From a virus (taxonomy: Duplodnaviria; Heunggongvirae; Uroviricota; Caudoviricetes): a stretch of DNA of 29,840 nt. The stretch lies in the IMG/VR virus record IMGVR_UViG_2513237361_000005, one strand, 5' to 3'. Made by a program: the position numbers and the translations under genes. Below, in pieces: positions 16,971-25,443 of this stretch. Numbering within the stretch: position 1 is the stretch's first letter; the number at the start of each line of letters is the position of its first letter. Under the pieces are notes generated by a model that saw only the letters and a list, made by a program, of their open reading frames with translations, was not told the origin of the DNA and ran no database searches.

Positions 16971-17115
16971 CCCGGAGACGAACGGCGATTTAAGTGCCGA
17001 TATCCGGCAGCTTGAGAACGCGCTGGCACGTTGTGCCAGCCAGGTAAAAATGATTAAACACTGTCAGGACGAAAACGATGCTCAAACCCGACAGCCTGCG
17101 CAGGGCGCTGACTGA
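16825..17115 (+). CDS. lysC: LysC (Rz1-like outer-membrane lipoprotein spanin), out of frame within and beyond lysB
   Basis: ATG at 16825 inside lysB in another frame; signal peptide with lipobox-like LCAGC and a Pro-rich mature region (RPAPTPV, CPMPGSDPE); extends past the lysB stop into R. Confidence 0.6.
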   Translation: MKTRIFAAGMALTCLMLCAGCTSVRPAPTPVIVANACPKVSLCPMPGSDPETNGDLSADIRQLENALARCASQVKMIKHCQDENDAQTRQPAQGAD

Positions 17116-17545
17116 TGCCGTCACGGTGCTGAAAACTAACCCCGATATGCTGCGGATATTCGTGGATAACGGGAGTATTGCCTCCACACTGGCGGCGTCG
17201 TTGTCATTCGAAAAGCGTTACACGCTCAATGTCATTGTGACCGACTTTACCGGTGATTTTGACCTGCTCATCGTGCCGGTGCTGGCGTGGCTGCGGGAAA
17301 ATCAGCCCGACATCATGACCACCGACGCAGGCCAGAAAAAGGGCTTCACGTTTTATGCAGACATCAACAATGACAGCAGCTTTGATATCAGCATCAGCCT
17401 GATGCTGACCGAGCGCACGCTGGTCAGTGAGGTGGACGGCGCACTGCATGTGAAGAATATTCCGGAACCCCCGCCGCCGGAGCCGGTCACCCGCCCGATG
17501 GAGCTGTATATCAATGGCGAACTGGTGAGCAAGTGGGATGAATGA
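17078..17545 (+). CDS. R: tail completion protein gpR
   Basis: 155 aa (P2 gpR length); synteny. Confidence 0.85.
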   Translation: MLKPDSLRRALTDAVTVLKTNPDMLRIFVDNGSIASTLAASLSFEKRYTLNVIVTDFTGDFDLLIVPVLAWLRENQPDIMTTDAGQKKGFTFYADINNDSSFDISISLMLTERTLVSEVDGALHVKNIPEPPPPEPVTRPMELYINGELVSKWDE

Positions 17546-17990
17546 GTTTAAGCGTTTTGAAGACCGGCTGACCGGACTTATTGAGTCGCTGTCACCGTCA
17601 GGGCGTCGGCGGCTGAGTGCAGAGCTGGCGAAGCGTCTGCGGCAGAGTCAGCAGCGTCGGGTGATGGCACAGAAAGCCCCGGACGGCACACCCTACGCGC
17701 CACGCCAGCAGCAGAGCGCCAGAAAAAAGACCGGTCGCGTTAAGCGAAAAATGTTTGCGAAACTTATCACCAGTCGTTTTTTGCATATCCGCGCCAGCCC
17801 GGAACAGGCATCAATGGAATTTTACGGCGGGAAGTCGCCGAAAATCGCCAGTGTGCATCAGTTCGGTCTGTCGGAAGAAACCCGGAAAGACGGTAAGAAA
17901 ATTGATTATCCGGCGCGTCCTCTGCTCGGCTTTACCGGTGAGGATGTGCAGATGATTGAAGAGATTATCCTGGCTCATCTCGACCGTTAG
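17538..17990 (+). CDS. S: tail completion protein gpS
   Basis: 150 aa (P2 gpS length); start overlaps the R stop. Confidence 0.85.
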   Translation: MNEFKRFEDRLTGLIESLSPSGRRRLSAELAKRLRQSQQRRVMAQKAPDGTPYAPRQQQSARKKTGRVKRKMFAKLITSRFLHIRASPEQASMEFYGGKSPKIASVHQFGLSEETRKDGKKIDYPARPLLGFTGEDVQMIEEIILAHLDR

Positions 17991-18022
17991 TTGTGCCATT
18001 CCCGACACCTCATCGTCACATT

Positions 18023-18044
18023 GCCGCCGGTATGACCCGGCGGC
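18023..18044 (+). terminator. hairpin after S (GCCGCCGG-uaugac-CCGGCGGC): candidate terminator/attenuator before the V operon
   Basis: Perfect 8-bp GC-rich stem with 6-nt loop in the S-V intergenic region; downstream tract only moderately U-rich. Confidence 0.4.
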
Positions 18045-18056
18045 ATCCTTCCCGTT

Positions 18057-18692
18057 ATGAACACTCTCGCAAATATTCAGGAACTCGCGCGCGCACTGCG
18101 CAACATGATCCGCTCCGGCATTATCGTCGAAACCGACCTTAATGCCGGTCGCTGCCGTGTGCAGACCGGCGGCATGTGCACCGACTGGCTTCAGTGGCTG
18201 ACCCATCGCGCCGGACGTTCGCGCACATGGTGGGCACCTTCCGTGGGGGAACAGGTGCTGATTCTGGCCGTGGGCGGTGAACTCGACACGGCGTTCGTTC
18301 TGCCGGGGATTTATTCCGGCGATAACCCCGCACCGTCTGCGTCGGCGGATGCCCTGCATATCCGTTTCCCTGACGGGGCGGTGATTGAGTATGAACCTGA
18401 AACCAGTGTACTCACGGTAAGCGGAATTAAAACGGCCAGCGTGACGGCTTCTGATTCTGTTACTGCCACGGTGCCGGTGGTCACGGTGAAAGCATCAACC
18501 CGCGTCACCCTGGACACACCGGAAGTGGTCTGCACTAACAAGCTGACTACCGGCACGCTGGAAGTGCAGAAGGGCGGGACGATGCGCGGCAACATTGAAC
18601 ACACCGGCGGTGAACTCTCATCAAACGGTAAGGTACTGCATACCCATAAACACCCCGGCGACAGCGGCGGCACAACCGGGAGTCCTCTATGA
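18057..18692 (+). CDS. V: baseplate spike/hub protein gpV
   Basis: 211 aa (P2 gpV length); first gene of the baseplate operon. Confidence 0.85.
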   Translation: MNTLANIQELARALRNMIRSGIIVETDLNAGRCRVQTGGMCTDWLQWLTHRAGRSRTWWAPSVGEQVLILAVGGELDTAFVLPGIYSGDNPAPSASADALHIRFPDGAVIEYEPETSVLTVSGIKTASVTASDSVTATVPVVTVKASTRVTLDTPEVVCTNKLTTGTLEVQKGGTMRGNIEHTGGELSSNGKVLHTHKHPGDSGGTTGSPL

Positions 18693-19036
18693 CAGCGCGT
18701 TATCTCGGAATGAATCGCAGTGATGGCCTGACTGTCACTGACCTTGAACATATCAGCCAGAGTATCGGCGATATCCTGCGCACACCGGTCGGCTCACGGG
18801 TGATGCGTCGTGATTACGGCTCGTTGCTGGCGTCAATGATTGACCAGCCGCAGACTCCGGCGCTTGAGTTGCAGATTAAGGTCGCCTGTTACATGGCAGT
18901 GCTGAAATGGGAACCCCGCGTCACCCTGTCATCCGTCACCACTGAGCGCAGTTTTGACGGGCGAATGACGGTCACGTTAACCGGCCAGCACAACGACACC
19001 GGCCAGCCACTTTCGTTAACCATCCCTGTGAGTTGA
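18689..19036 (+). CDS. W: baseplate wedge protein gpW (gp25-like)
   Basis: 115 aa; overlaps the V stop; synteny. Confidence 0.85.
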   Translation: MTARYLGMNRSDGLTVTDLEHISQSIGDILRTPVGSRVMRRDYGSLLASMIDQPQTPALELQIKVACYMAVLKWEPRVTLSSVTTERSFDGRMTVTLTGQHNDTGQPLSLTIPVS

Positions 19037-19040
19037 AACC

Positions 19041-19949
19041 ATGCCGATTATCGACCTGAACCAGCTACCCGCACCGGATGTGGTCGAGGAGCTGGACTTT
19101 GAAACCATTCTTGCCGAACGCAAGGCGACACTGATTTCCCTTTACCCGGAAGACCAGCAGGAGGCGGTCGCCCGTACCCTGACACTGGAATCCGAGCCTC
19201 TCGTCAAACTGCTGGAGGAAAATGCTTATCGCGAGCTTATCTGGCGTCAGCGTGTGAATGAGGCCGCACGGGCGGTGATGCTGGCCTGTGCCGCCGGTAA
19301 TGACCTTGATGTGATTGGTGCCAATTACAACACCACGCGCCTGATTATCACCCCGGCAGATGATTCGACCATCCCGCCGACACCGGCAGTGATGGAGTCT
19401 GACACCGATTATCGTCTGCGTATTCAGCAGGCGTTTGAGGGCTTAAGCGTCGCCGGGTCGGTGGGAGCCTATCAGTATCATGGTCGCAGTGCCGACGGGC
19501 GTATCGCGGATATCTCTGTCACCAGTCCGTCTCCGGCCTGCGTCACCATCTCCGTGCTGTCACGTGAAAATAACGGTGTCGCATCCGAAGACCTGCTGGC
19601 CGTGGTGCGTAACGCCCTGAATGGCGAGGACGTCAGACCGGTGGCCGACCGCGTGACCGTGCAGTCTGCCGCCATCGTTGAATACCAGATAAACGCCACG
19701 CTTTACCTTTACCCTGGCCCCGAAAGCGAACCCATTCGCGCTGCCGCCGTGAAAAAACTGGAAGCGTATATCACGGCACAGCACCGGCTGGGGCGCGACA
19801 TCCGTCTGTCTGCCATTTATGCCGCTTTGCATGTGGAAGGCGTGCAGCGTGTCGAACTGACTGCACCGCTGGCCGACATCGTGCTCAACAGTACGCAGGC
19901 GTCTTTCTGTACCGAATACCGCGTCGTGACCGGAGGCTCGGATGAGTGA
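19041..19949 (+). CDS. J: baseplate protein gpJ
   Basis: 302 aa (P2 gpJ length); synteny. Confidence 0.85.
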   Translation: MPIIDLNQLPAPDVVEELDFETILAERKATLISLYPEDQQEAVARTLTLESEPLVKLLEENAYRELIWRQRVNEAARAVMLACAAGNDLDVIGANYNTTRLIITPADDSTIPPTPAVMESDTDYRLRIQQAFEGLSVAGSVGAYQYHGRSADGRIADISVTSPSPACVTISVLSRENNGVASEDLLAVVRNALNGEDVRPVADRVTVQSAAIVEYQINATLYLYPGPESEPIRAAAVKKLEAYITAQHRLGRDIRLSAIYAALHVEGVQRVELTAPLADIVLNSTQASFCTEYRVVTGGSDE

Positions 19950-20472
19950 TTCGCGCCTGCTGCCGACCGGCTCATCACCGCTTGAAATTGCTGCCGCAAA
20001 AGCCTGTGCGGAAATTGAAAAAACGCCGGTCAGTATTCGTGAGCTGTGGAACCCGGACACCTGTCCGGCAAATCTGCTGCCGTGGCTGGCGTGGGCGTTT
20101 TCGGTCGACAGGTGGGATGAAAAGTGGCCGGAAGCGACAAAACGCGCCGTTATTCGCGATGCCTATTTCATTCATTGTCATAAAGGCACTGTCGGCGCAA
20201 TCCGACGCGTGGTGGAGCCGCTCGGCTATCTCATCAACGTGACGGAGTGGTGGGAAAACAATGACCCGCCCGGCACTTTCCGGCTCGATATTGGTGTACT
20301 GGAAAGCGGCATCACAGAGGAAATGTATCTGGAAATGGAACGGCTGATTGCCGATGCCAAACCCGCAAGTCGCCACCTTATCGGCCTGAACATTATCCAG
20401 GACATTCCCGGCTATCTGTTCGCCGGTGGTGTGGCTTATGACGGCGATGTAATTACGGTTTACCCCGGATAA
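19942..20472 (+). CDS. I: baseplate/tail protein gpI
   Basis: 176 aa; overlaps the J end; synteny. Confidence 0.85.
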   Translation: MSDSRLLPTGSSPLEIAAAKACAEIEKTPVSIRELWNPDTCPANLLPWLAWAFSVDRWDEKWPEATKRAVIRDAYFIHCHKGTVGAIRRVVEPLGYLINVTEWWENNDPPGTFRLDIGVLESGITEEMYLEMERLIADAKPASRHLIGLNIIQDIPGYLFAGGVAYDGDVITVYPG

Positions 20473-20482
20473 GTGAGGAATA

Positions 20483-22573
20483 ATGAGCACAAAATTCAGA
20501 ACCGTTATCACCACTGCCGGTGCAGCAAAGCTGGCAGCGGCAACCGCACCGGGAGGGCGGAAGGTCAACATTACCACGATGGCCGTCGGGGATGGCGGTG
20601 GTAAATTGCCTGTCCCGGATGCCGGACAGACCGGGCTTATTCATGAAGTCTGGCGACATGCGCTGAACAAAATCAGCCAGGACAAACGAAACAGTAATTA
20701 TATTATTGCAGAGCTGGTTATTCCGCCGGAGGTGGGCGGTTTCTGGATGCGTGAGCTTGGCCTGTACGATGATGCGGGAACGTTAATTGCTGTGGCGAAC
20801 ATGGCCGAAAGTTATAAGCCCGCTCTTGCCGAAGGCTCAGGGCGTTCGCAGACCTGCCGCATGGTCATCATCGTCAGCAGTGTGGCCTCAGTGGATCTGA
20901 CCATCGACACCACAACGGTGATGGCGACGCAGGATTACGTTGATGACAAAATTGCAGAGCACGAACAGTCACGACGCCACCCGGACGCCTCACTGACTGC
21001 AAAAGGTTTTACTCAGTTAAGCAGCGCGACCAATAGTGAATCTGAAACGCTGGCTGCAACGCCGAAAGCGGTTAAGGCAGCGTATGACCTTGCTAACGGA
21101 AAATATACCGCTCAGGACGCCAGCACGGGGCGAAAAGGTCTTGTTCAGCTAAGTAGTGCCATCAACAGCGAATCAGAGACGCTCGCAGCAACGCCAAAGG
21201 CAGTTAAGACAGCATATGACCTTGCTAATGGCAAATACACCGCACAGGACGCCACCACAGCGCGAAAAGGTCTTGTCCAGCTCAGTAGCGCCACCAACAG
21301 CGATTCTGAAACGCTTGCGGCAACGCCAAAGGCGGTTAAGACAGCGTATGACCTTGCTAACGGGAAATACACTGCACAGGATGCCACCACGGCGCGGAAA
21401 GGTCTTGTTCAGCTCAGTAGTGCCATCAACAGCGATTCTGAAACGCTGGCTGCAACGCCAAAAGCGGTGAAGTCTGCCTATGATAATGCTGAAAAACGTC
21501 TTCAGAAAGATAAGAACGGTGCGGATATTCCGGGAAAGGATACTTTCACGAAAAATATTGGTGCCTGTCGTGCTTATAGCGGCGCTTTGAGCACCGAAGG
21601 TGGAGACTGGACTACAGCCCAGTTTATTGAGTGGCTTGATTCGGTAGGTGCTTTTAATCACCCATACTGGATGTGTAAAGGCTCCTGGTCATATGCCAAT
21701 AATAAACTTATTACCGATACTGGCTGTGGCAATATTCATCTTGCTGGCGCTGTTATTGAGGTAATGGGCATAAAGTCTGCAATGACTATTCGTATTACCA
21801 CACCAACAACATCAAGCGGTGGGGGCGCTACAAGCGCGCAATTTACTTATATTAACCACGGGGACAACTATGCTCCTGGCTGGCGGCGTGACTGGAACCG
21901 TTACGGCGATTCTATGTCTGGAACTATTAATCAGGATAGTGGAAGCCAGAATGCCTATATGTCTACGGCCTTATGTTCCGGCACCAGAGGCGGCAAAAAA
22001 TATCTCAGAAAGTTTCGTGGTGGAGAAGGAGACACTATCTGGCATGAAACAGTACAGGGCGGGGTAATTCGCTGGGCGACAGGTAATACTGATGCTCAGG
22101 AAGAATTATCACTCAGCTCTGCTTATGGTCTTCGTTCAAGAGGTGAAATTACATCGCTCAGTGCTAATGGTCTGCGCATTGCTTATGGCAATTATGGATT
22201 CTTTATCAGGAATGATGGCGGCAGCACATATTTAATGCTGACGGCCTCTGGCGATAAATTTGGAACATGGAACGGTTTAAGACCGCTGACTATCAATAAC
22301 GCCAATGGCGGAGTGTCAATGGGGCATGGCCTGAGTGTTACTGGACGTGTTAACCCATCAGATTACGGAAATTTTGATTCCCGCTATGTGAAAGATGTTC
22401 GCCTGGGTACGCGTGTTGTTCAGACCATGCAAAAAGGCGTGATGTATGAGAAATCAGGCCATGTAATTACAGGGCTTGGCATTGTCGGCGAAGTTGATGG
22501 CGATGATCCGGCAGTATTCAGACCAATACAAAAATACATTAATGGCACATGGTATAACGTCGCACAGGTGTAA
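20483..22573 (+). CDS. H: tail fiber protein gpH
   Basis: 696 aa; conserved N-terminal baseplate-attachment part, internal tandem repeats, and an AT-richer C-terminal receptor-binding part. Confidence 0.85.
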   Translation: MSTKFRTVITTAGAAKLAAATAPGGRKVNITTMAVGDGGGKLPVPDAGQTGLIHEVWRHALNKISQDKRNSNYIIAELVIPPEVGGFWMRELGLYDDAGTLIAVANMAESYKPALAEGSGRSQTCRMVIIVSSVASVDLTIDTTTVMATQDYVDDKIAEHEQSRRHPDASLTAKGFTQLSSATNSESETLAATPKAVKAAYDLANGKYTAQDASTGRKGLVQLSSAINSESETLAATPKAVKTAYDLANGKYTAQDATTARKGLVQLSSATNSDSETLAATPKAVKTAYDLANGKYTAQDATTARKGLVQLSSAINSDSETLAATPKAVKSAYDNAEKRLQKDKNGADIPGKDTFTKNIGACRAYSGALSTEGGDWTTAQFIEWLDSVGAFNHPYWMCKGSWSYANNKLITDTGCGNIHLAGAVIEVMGIKSAMTIRITTPTTSSGGGATSAQFTYINHGDNYAPGWRRDWNRYGDSMSGTINQDSGSQNAYMSTALCSGTRGGKKYLRKFRGGEGDTIWHETVQGGVIRWATGNTDAQEELSLSSAYGLRSRGEITSLSANGLRIAYGNYGFFIRNDGGSTYLMLTASGDKFGTWNGLRPLTINNANGGVSMGHGLSVTGRVNPSDYGNFDSRYVKDVRLGTRVVQTMQKGVMYEKSGHVITGLGIVGEVDGDDPAVFRPIQKYINGTWYNVAQV
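21002..21484 (+). repeat. in-frame tandem repeats inside H: about 3.7 copies of a 132-bp (44-codon) unit
   Basis: Unit starts at 21002, 21134, 21266 and 21398, each encoding KG(F/L)(T/V)QLSSA(T/I)NS(E/D)SETLAATPKAVK.AYDLANGKYTAQDA..(G/A)R. Confidence 0.75.
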
Positions 22574-22576
22574 TTT

Positions 22577-23104
22577 ATGCAGCATTTAAAAAATATTACT
22601 GCGGGTAATCCCAAAACTGTTGCCCAATATCAACTGACAAAAAATTTTGATGTTATCTGGTTATGGTCTGAAGACGGAAAAAACTGGTATGAGGAAGTAA
22701 GTAATTTTCAGGAAGACACGATAAAGATTGTTTACGACGAGAATAATATAATTGTCGGTATCACCAGAGATGCTTCAACGCTTAACCCTGAAGGTTTTAG
22801 CGTTGCCGAGGTTCCTGATATTACCGCCAACCGACGTGCTGATGACTCAGGTAAATGGATGTTTAAGGATGGTGCCGTGATTAAGCGGATTTATACGGCA
22901 GACGAACAGCAGCAACTGGCAGAATCACAAAAGGCAACTTTACTTTCCGAAGCTGAATCCGTGATTTTGCCGCTGGAGCGCGCTGTCAGGCTGAATATGG
23001 CAACAGATGAGGAGCGCCGCCGACTGGAAGCATGGGAACGCTACAGCGTTCTGGTCAGTCGTGTGGATCCTGCAAATCCTGAATGGCCGGAAATGCCGCA
23101 ATAA
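22577..23104 (+). CDS. G: tail fiber assembly chaperone gpG
   Basis: 175 aa (P2 gpG length), immediately downstream of H; AT-rich like the H 3' end. Confidence 0.8.
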   Translation: MQHLKNITAGNPKTVAQYQLTKNFDVIWLWSEDGKNWYEEVSNFQEDTIKIVYDENNIIVGITRDASTLNPEGFSVAEVPDITANRRADDSGKWMFKDGAVIKRIYTADEQQQLAESQKATLLSEAESVILPLERAVRLNMATDEERRRLEAWERYSVLVSRVDPANPEWPEMPQ

Positions 23105-23111
23105 ACACAAG

Positions 23112-23139
23112 GCGGGCTTATTGTCCGCTTTTTCTTTAT
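23112..23139 (+). terminator. rho-independent terminator after G
   Basis: GCGGGC-uuauu-GUCCGC stem (one G-U pair) followed by UUUUUCUUU, 8 nt after the G stop. Confidence 0.6.
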
Positions 23140-23237
23140 CGGTGGTTGTGCTGTCGATTAGCCAACCGGGACAAATAGCCTGATATCTCCGGCACAACTG
23201 AAAATACCACTCACCCATTAACCACGGAGTTAAACGG

Positions 23238-24428
23238 ATGAGTGACTATCATCACGGCGTGCAGGTGCTGGAGATTAACGACGGCACCCGCGTCATTTCC
23301 ACCGTATCCACGGCCATTGTCGGCATGGTCTGCACAGCCAGCGATGCGGATGCGGAAACCTTCCCCCTCAATAAACCGGTGCTGATTACCAATGTGCAGA
23401 GCGCAATTGCAAAGGCCGGTAAAAAAGGCACGCTGGCGGCATCGTTGCAGGCCATCGCCGACCAGTCAAAACCGGTCACCGTTGTCGTGCGTGTGGAAGA
23501 CGGCACCGGCGACGACGAGGAAACGAAACTCGCGCAGACCGTTTCCAATATCATCGGCACCACCGACGAAAACGGTCAGTACACCGGACTGAAAGCCCTG
23601 CTGGCGGCGGAGTCGGTAACCGGTGTTAAACCGCGTATTCTCGGCGTGCCGGGACTGGACACCAAAGAGGTGGCTGTTGCACTGGCATCAGTCTGTCAGA
23701 AGTTGCGCGCTTTCGGGTATATCAGCGCATGGGGCTGTAAAACCATTTCCGAGGTGAAAGCCTACCGCCAGAATTTCAGCCAGCGTGAGCTAATGGTCAT
23801 CTGGCCGGATTTCCTCGCATGGGATACGGTCAGCAGCACCACCGCCACCGCGTATGCCACCGCCCGTGCGCTGGGTCTGCGCGCTAAAATCGACCAGGAG
23901 CAGGGCTGGCATAAAACGCTGTCCAACGTCGGGGTAAACGGTGTTACCGGCATCAGTGCGTCCGTATTCTGGGATTTGCAGGAGTCCGGCACCGATGCTG
24001 ACCTGTTGAACGAGTCAGGCGTCACAACGCTGATTCGCCGTGACGGTTTCCGCTTCTGGGGTAACCGTACCTGCTCTGATGACCCGCTGTTCCTCTTTGA
24101 AAACTACACCCGCACCGCGCAGGTGCTGGCCGACACGATGGCTGAGGCGCACATGTGGGCGGTGGACAAGCCCATCACCGCAACGCTGATTCGCGACATC
24201 GTTGACGGCATCAATGCCAAATTCCGTGAGCTGAAAACAAACGGCTATATCGTGGATGCGACCTGCTGGTTCAGCGAAGAATCCAACGATGCGGAAACCC
24301 TCAAGGCCGGAAAACTGTATATCGACTACGACTATACCCCGGTGCCTCCTCTCGAAAACCTGACCCTGCGCCAGCGTATCACCGATAAATACCTGGCAAA
24401 TCTGGTCACCTCGGTTAACAGCAATTAA
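23238..24428 (+). CDS. FI: contractile tail sheath protein gpFI
   Basis: 396 aa (P2 FI length); followed by the tube gene. Confidence 0.9.
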   Translation: MSDYHHGVQVLEINDGTRVISTVSTAIVGMVCTASDADAETFPLNKPVLITNVQSAIAKAGKKGTLAASLQAIADQSKPVTVVVRVEDGTGDDEETKLAQTVSNIIGTTDENGQYTGLKALLAAESVTGVKPRILGVPGLDTKEVAVALASVCQKLRAFGYISAWGCKTISEVKAYRQNFSQRELMVIWPDFLAWDTVSSTTATAYATARALGLRAKIDQEQGWHKTLSNVGVNGVTGISASVFWDLQESGTDADLLNESGVTTLIRRDGFRFWGNRTCSDDPLFLFENYTRTAQVLADTMAEAHMWAVDKPITATLIRDIVDGINAKFRELKTNGYIVDATCWFSEESNDAETLKAGKLYIDYDYTPVPPLENLTLRQRITDKYLANLVTSVNSN

Positions 24429-24440
24429 GGAGCCTGACCG

Positions 24441-24959
24441 ATGGCAATGCCGCGCAAACTCAAATACATGAATGTCTTTCTGAACGGCTACAGCTATCAG
24501 GGCGTTGCAAATTCCGTCACGCTGCCAAAACTGACCCGTAAGCTCGAAAATTATCGCGGTGCGGGAATGAACGGCAGCGCACCGGTAGACCTCGGCCTTG
24601 ATGATGATGCGCTGTCAATGGAGTGGTCGCTCGGTGGATTCCCGGATTCGGTTATCTGGGAGCTTTACGCTGCAACCAGTGCTGATGCCGTACCGATTCG
24701 TTTTGCTGGTTCTTACCAGCGCGACGATACCGGCGAAACGGTGGCCGTCGAAGTGGTCATGCGTGGGCGTCAGAAAGAAGTCGACACCGGAGAGGGTAAA
24801 CAGGGAGAGGATACCGAATCGAAACTCCCGGTGATTTGTACTTATTTCAAGTTGACGATGGACGGTAAGGAGCTGGTCGAAATCGACACCATCAACATGA
24901 TTGAGAAGGTGAACGGCGTCGACCGGCTGGAGCAACACCGCCGTAATATCGGCCTGTGA
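24441..24959 (+). CDS. FII: tail tube protein gpFII
   Basis: 172 aa (P2 FII length); synteny. Confidence 0.9.
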   Translation: MAMPRKLKYMNVFLNGYSYQGVANSVTLPKLTRKLENYRGAGMNGSAPVDLGLDDDALSMEWSLGGFPDSVIWELYAATSADAVPIRFAGSYQRDDTGETVAVEVVMRGRQKEVDTGEGKQGEDTESKLPVICTYFKLTMDGKELVEIDTINMIEKVNGVDRLEQHRRNIGL

Positions 24960-25015
24960 TTTTCATACGGTCAGCCAGGCTGACCGGTTAACCCTGATTC
25001 AGAAGTGAGAAAACC

Positions 25016-25291
25016 ATGAACAAAGAAAATGTCATTACCCTGGAAAATCCGGTCAAACGTGGTGAGCAGGTTATCGAACAGGTCACGCTGATGAAACCCA
25101 ATGCCGGGACGCTGCGCGGTGTCAGTCTGGCTGCGGTTGCAAACTCCGAAGTCGATGCACTGATTAAGGTGCTGCCGCGCATGACGGCACCGATGCTGAC
25201 CGAGCAGGAAGTCGCCGCGCTGGAACTGCCTGACCTTGTGGCGCTGGCCGGTAAGGTGGTCGGTTTTTTGTCGCCGAACTCGGTGCAGTGA
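25016..25291 (+). CDS. E: tail assembly chaperone gpE
   Basis: 91 aa; contains the slippery heptamer near its 3' end; directly upstream of the tape measure gene. Confidence 0.8.
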   Translation: MNKENVITLENPVKRGEQVIEQVTLMKPNAGTLRGVSLAAVANSEVDALIKVLPRMTAPMLTEQEVAALELPDLVALAGKVVGFLSPNSVQ

Positions 25292-25443
25292 CGTTTCCGA
25301 AAAATCTCTCGGTCGATGACCTGATGGCGGATGTGGCAGTGATATTTCACTGGCCGCCATCAGAACTGTATCCCATGAGCCTGACCGAACTCATCACATG
25401 GCGCGAAAAGGCGCTCCGGCGAAGCGGAAACACGAATGAGTAA
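25016..25443 (+). CDS. E+E' fusion product made by -1 programmed ribosomal frameshift
   Basis: The -1 frame is open from 25270 to a TAA at 25441-25443, ending just inside the T start (ATG 25436). Confidence 0.6.
25264..25270 (+). other. slippery heptamer T-TTT-TTG for the E/E' -1 frameshift
   Basis: GGTTTTTTG read directly (T6 at 25264-25269, G at 25270); conserved position of the tail chaperone frameshift in P2-like and lambda-like (G/GT) phages. Confidence 0.65.

Noticed and set aside
17811-18359. 182-aa ORF antisense across the S-V junction
   Set aside because: Overlaps two conserved tail genes on the opposite strand; Arg-rich nonsense-like translation.
19560-20577. Antisense ORFs of 166 and 200 aa opposite J, I and the start of H
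   Set aside because: Shadow ORFs within conserved baseplate genes.
21145-21661. Antisense and alternate-frame ORFs within the H repeat region
   Set aside because: Artefacts of the 132-bp tandem repeats, which propagate open frames on both strands; the repeats themselves are protein-coding, not a CRISPR array (no short spacer/repeat periodicity).
24968-24986. Hairpin CGGTCAGC-cag-GCTGACCG between FII and E
   Set aside because: Perfect 8-bp stem but no downstream U-tract, and E, E' and T are expected to be co-transcribed with FI/FII; unlikely to be a terminator, possibly an RNA-stability element.
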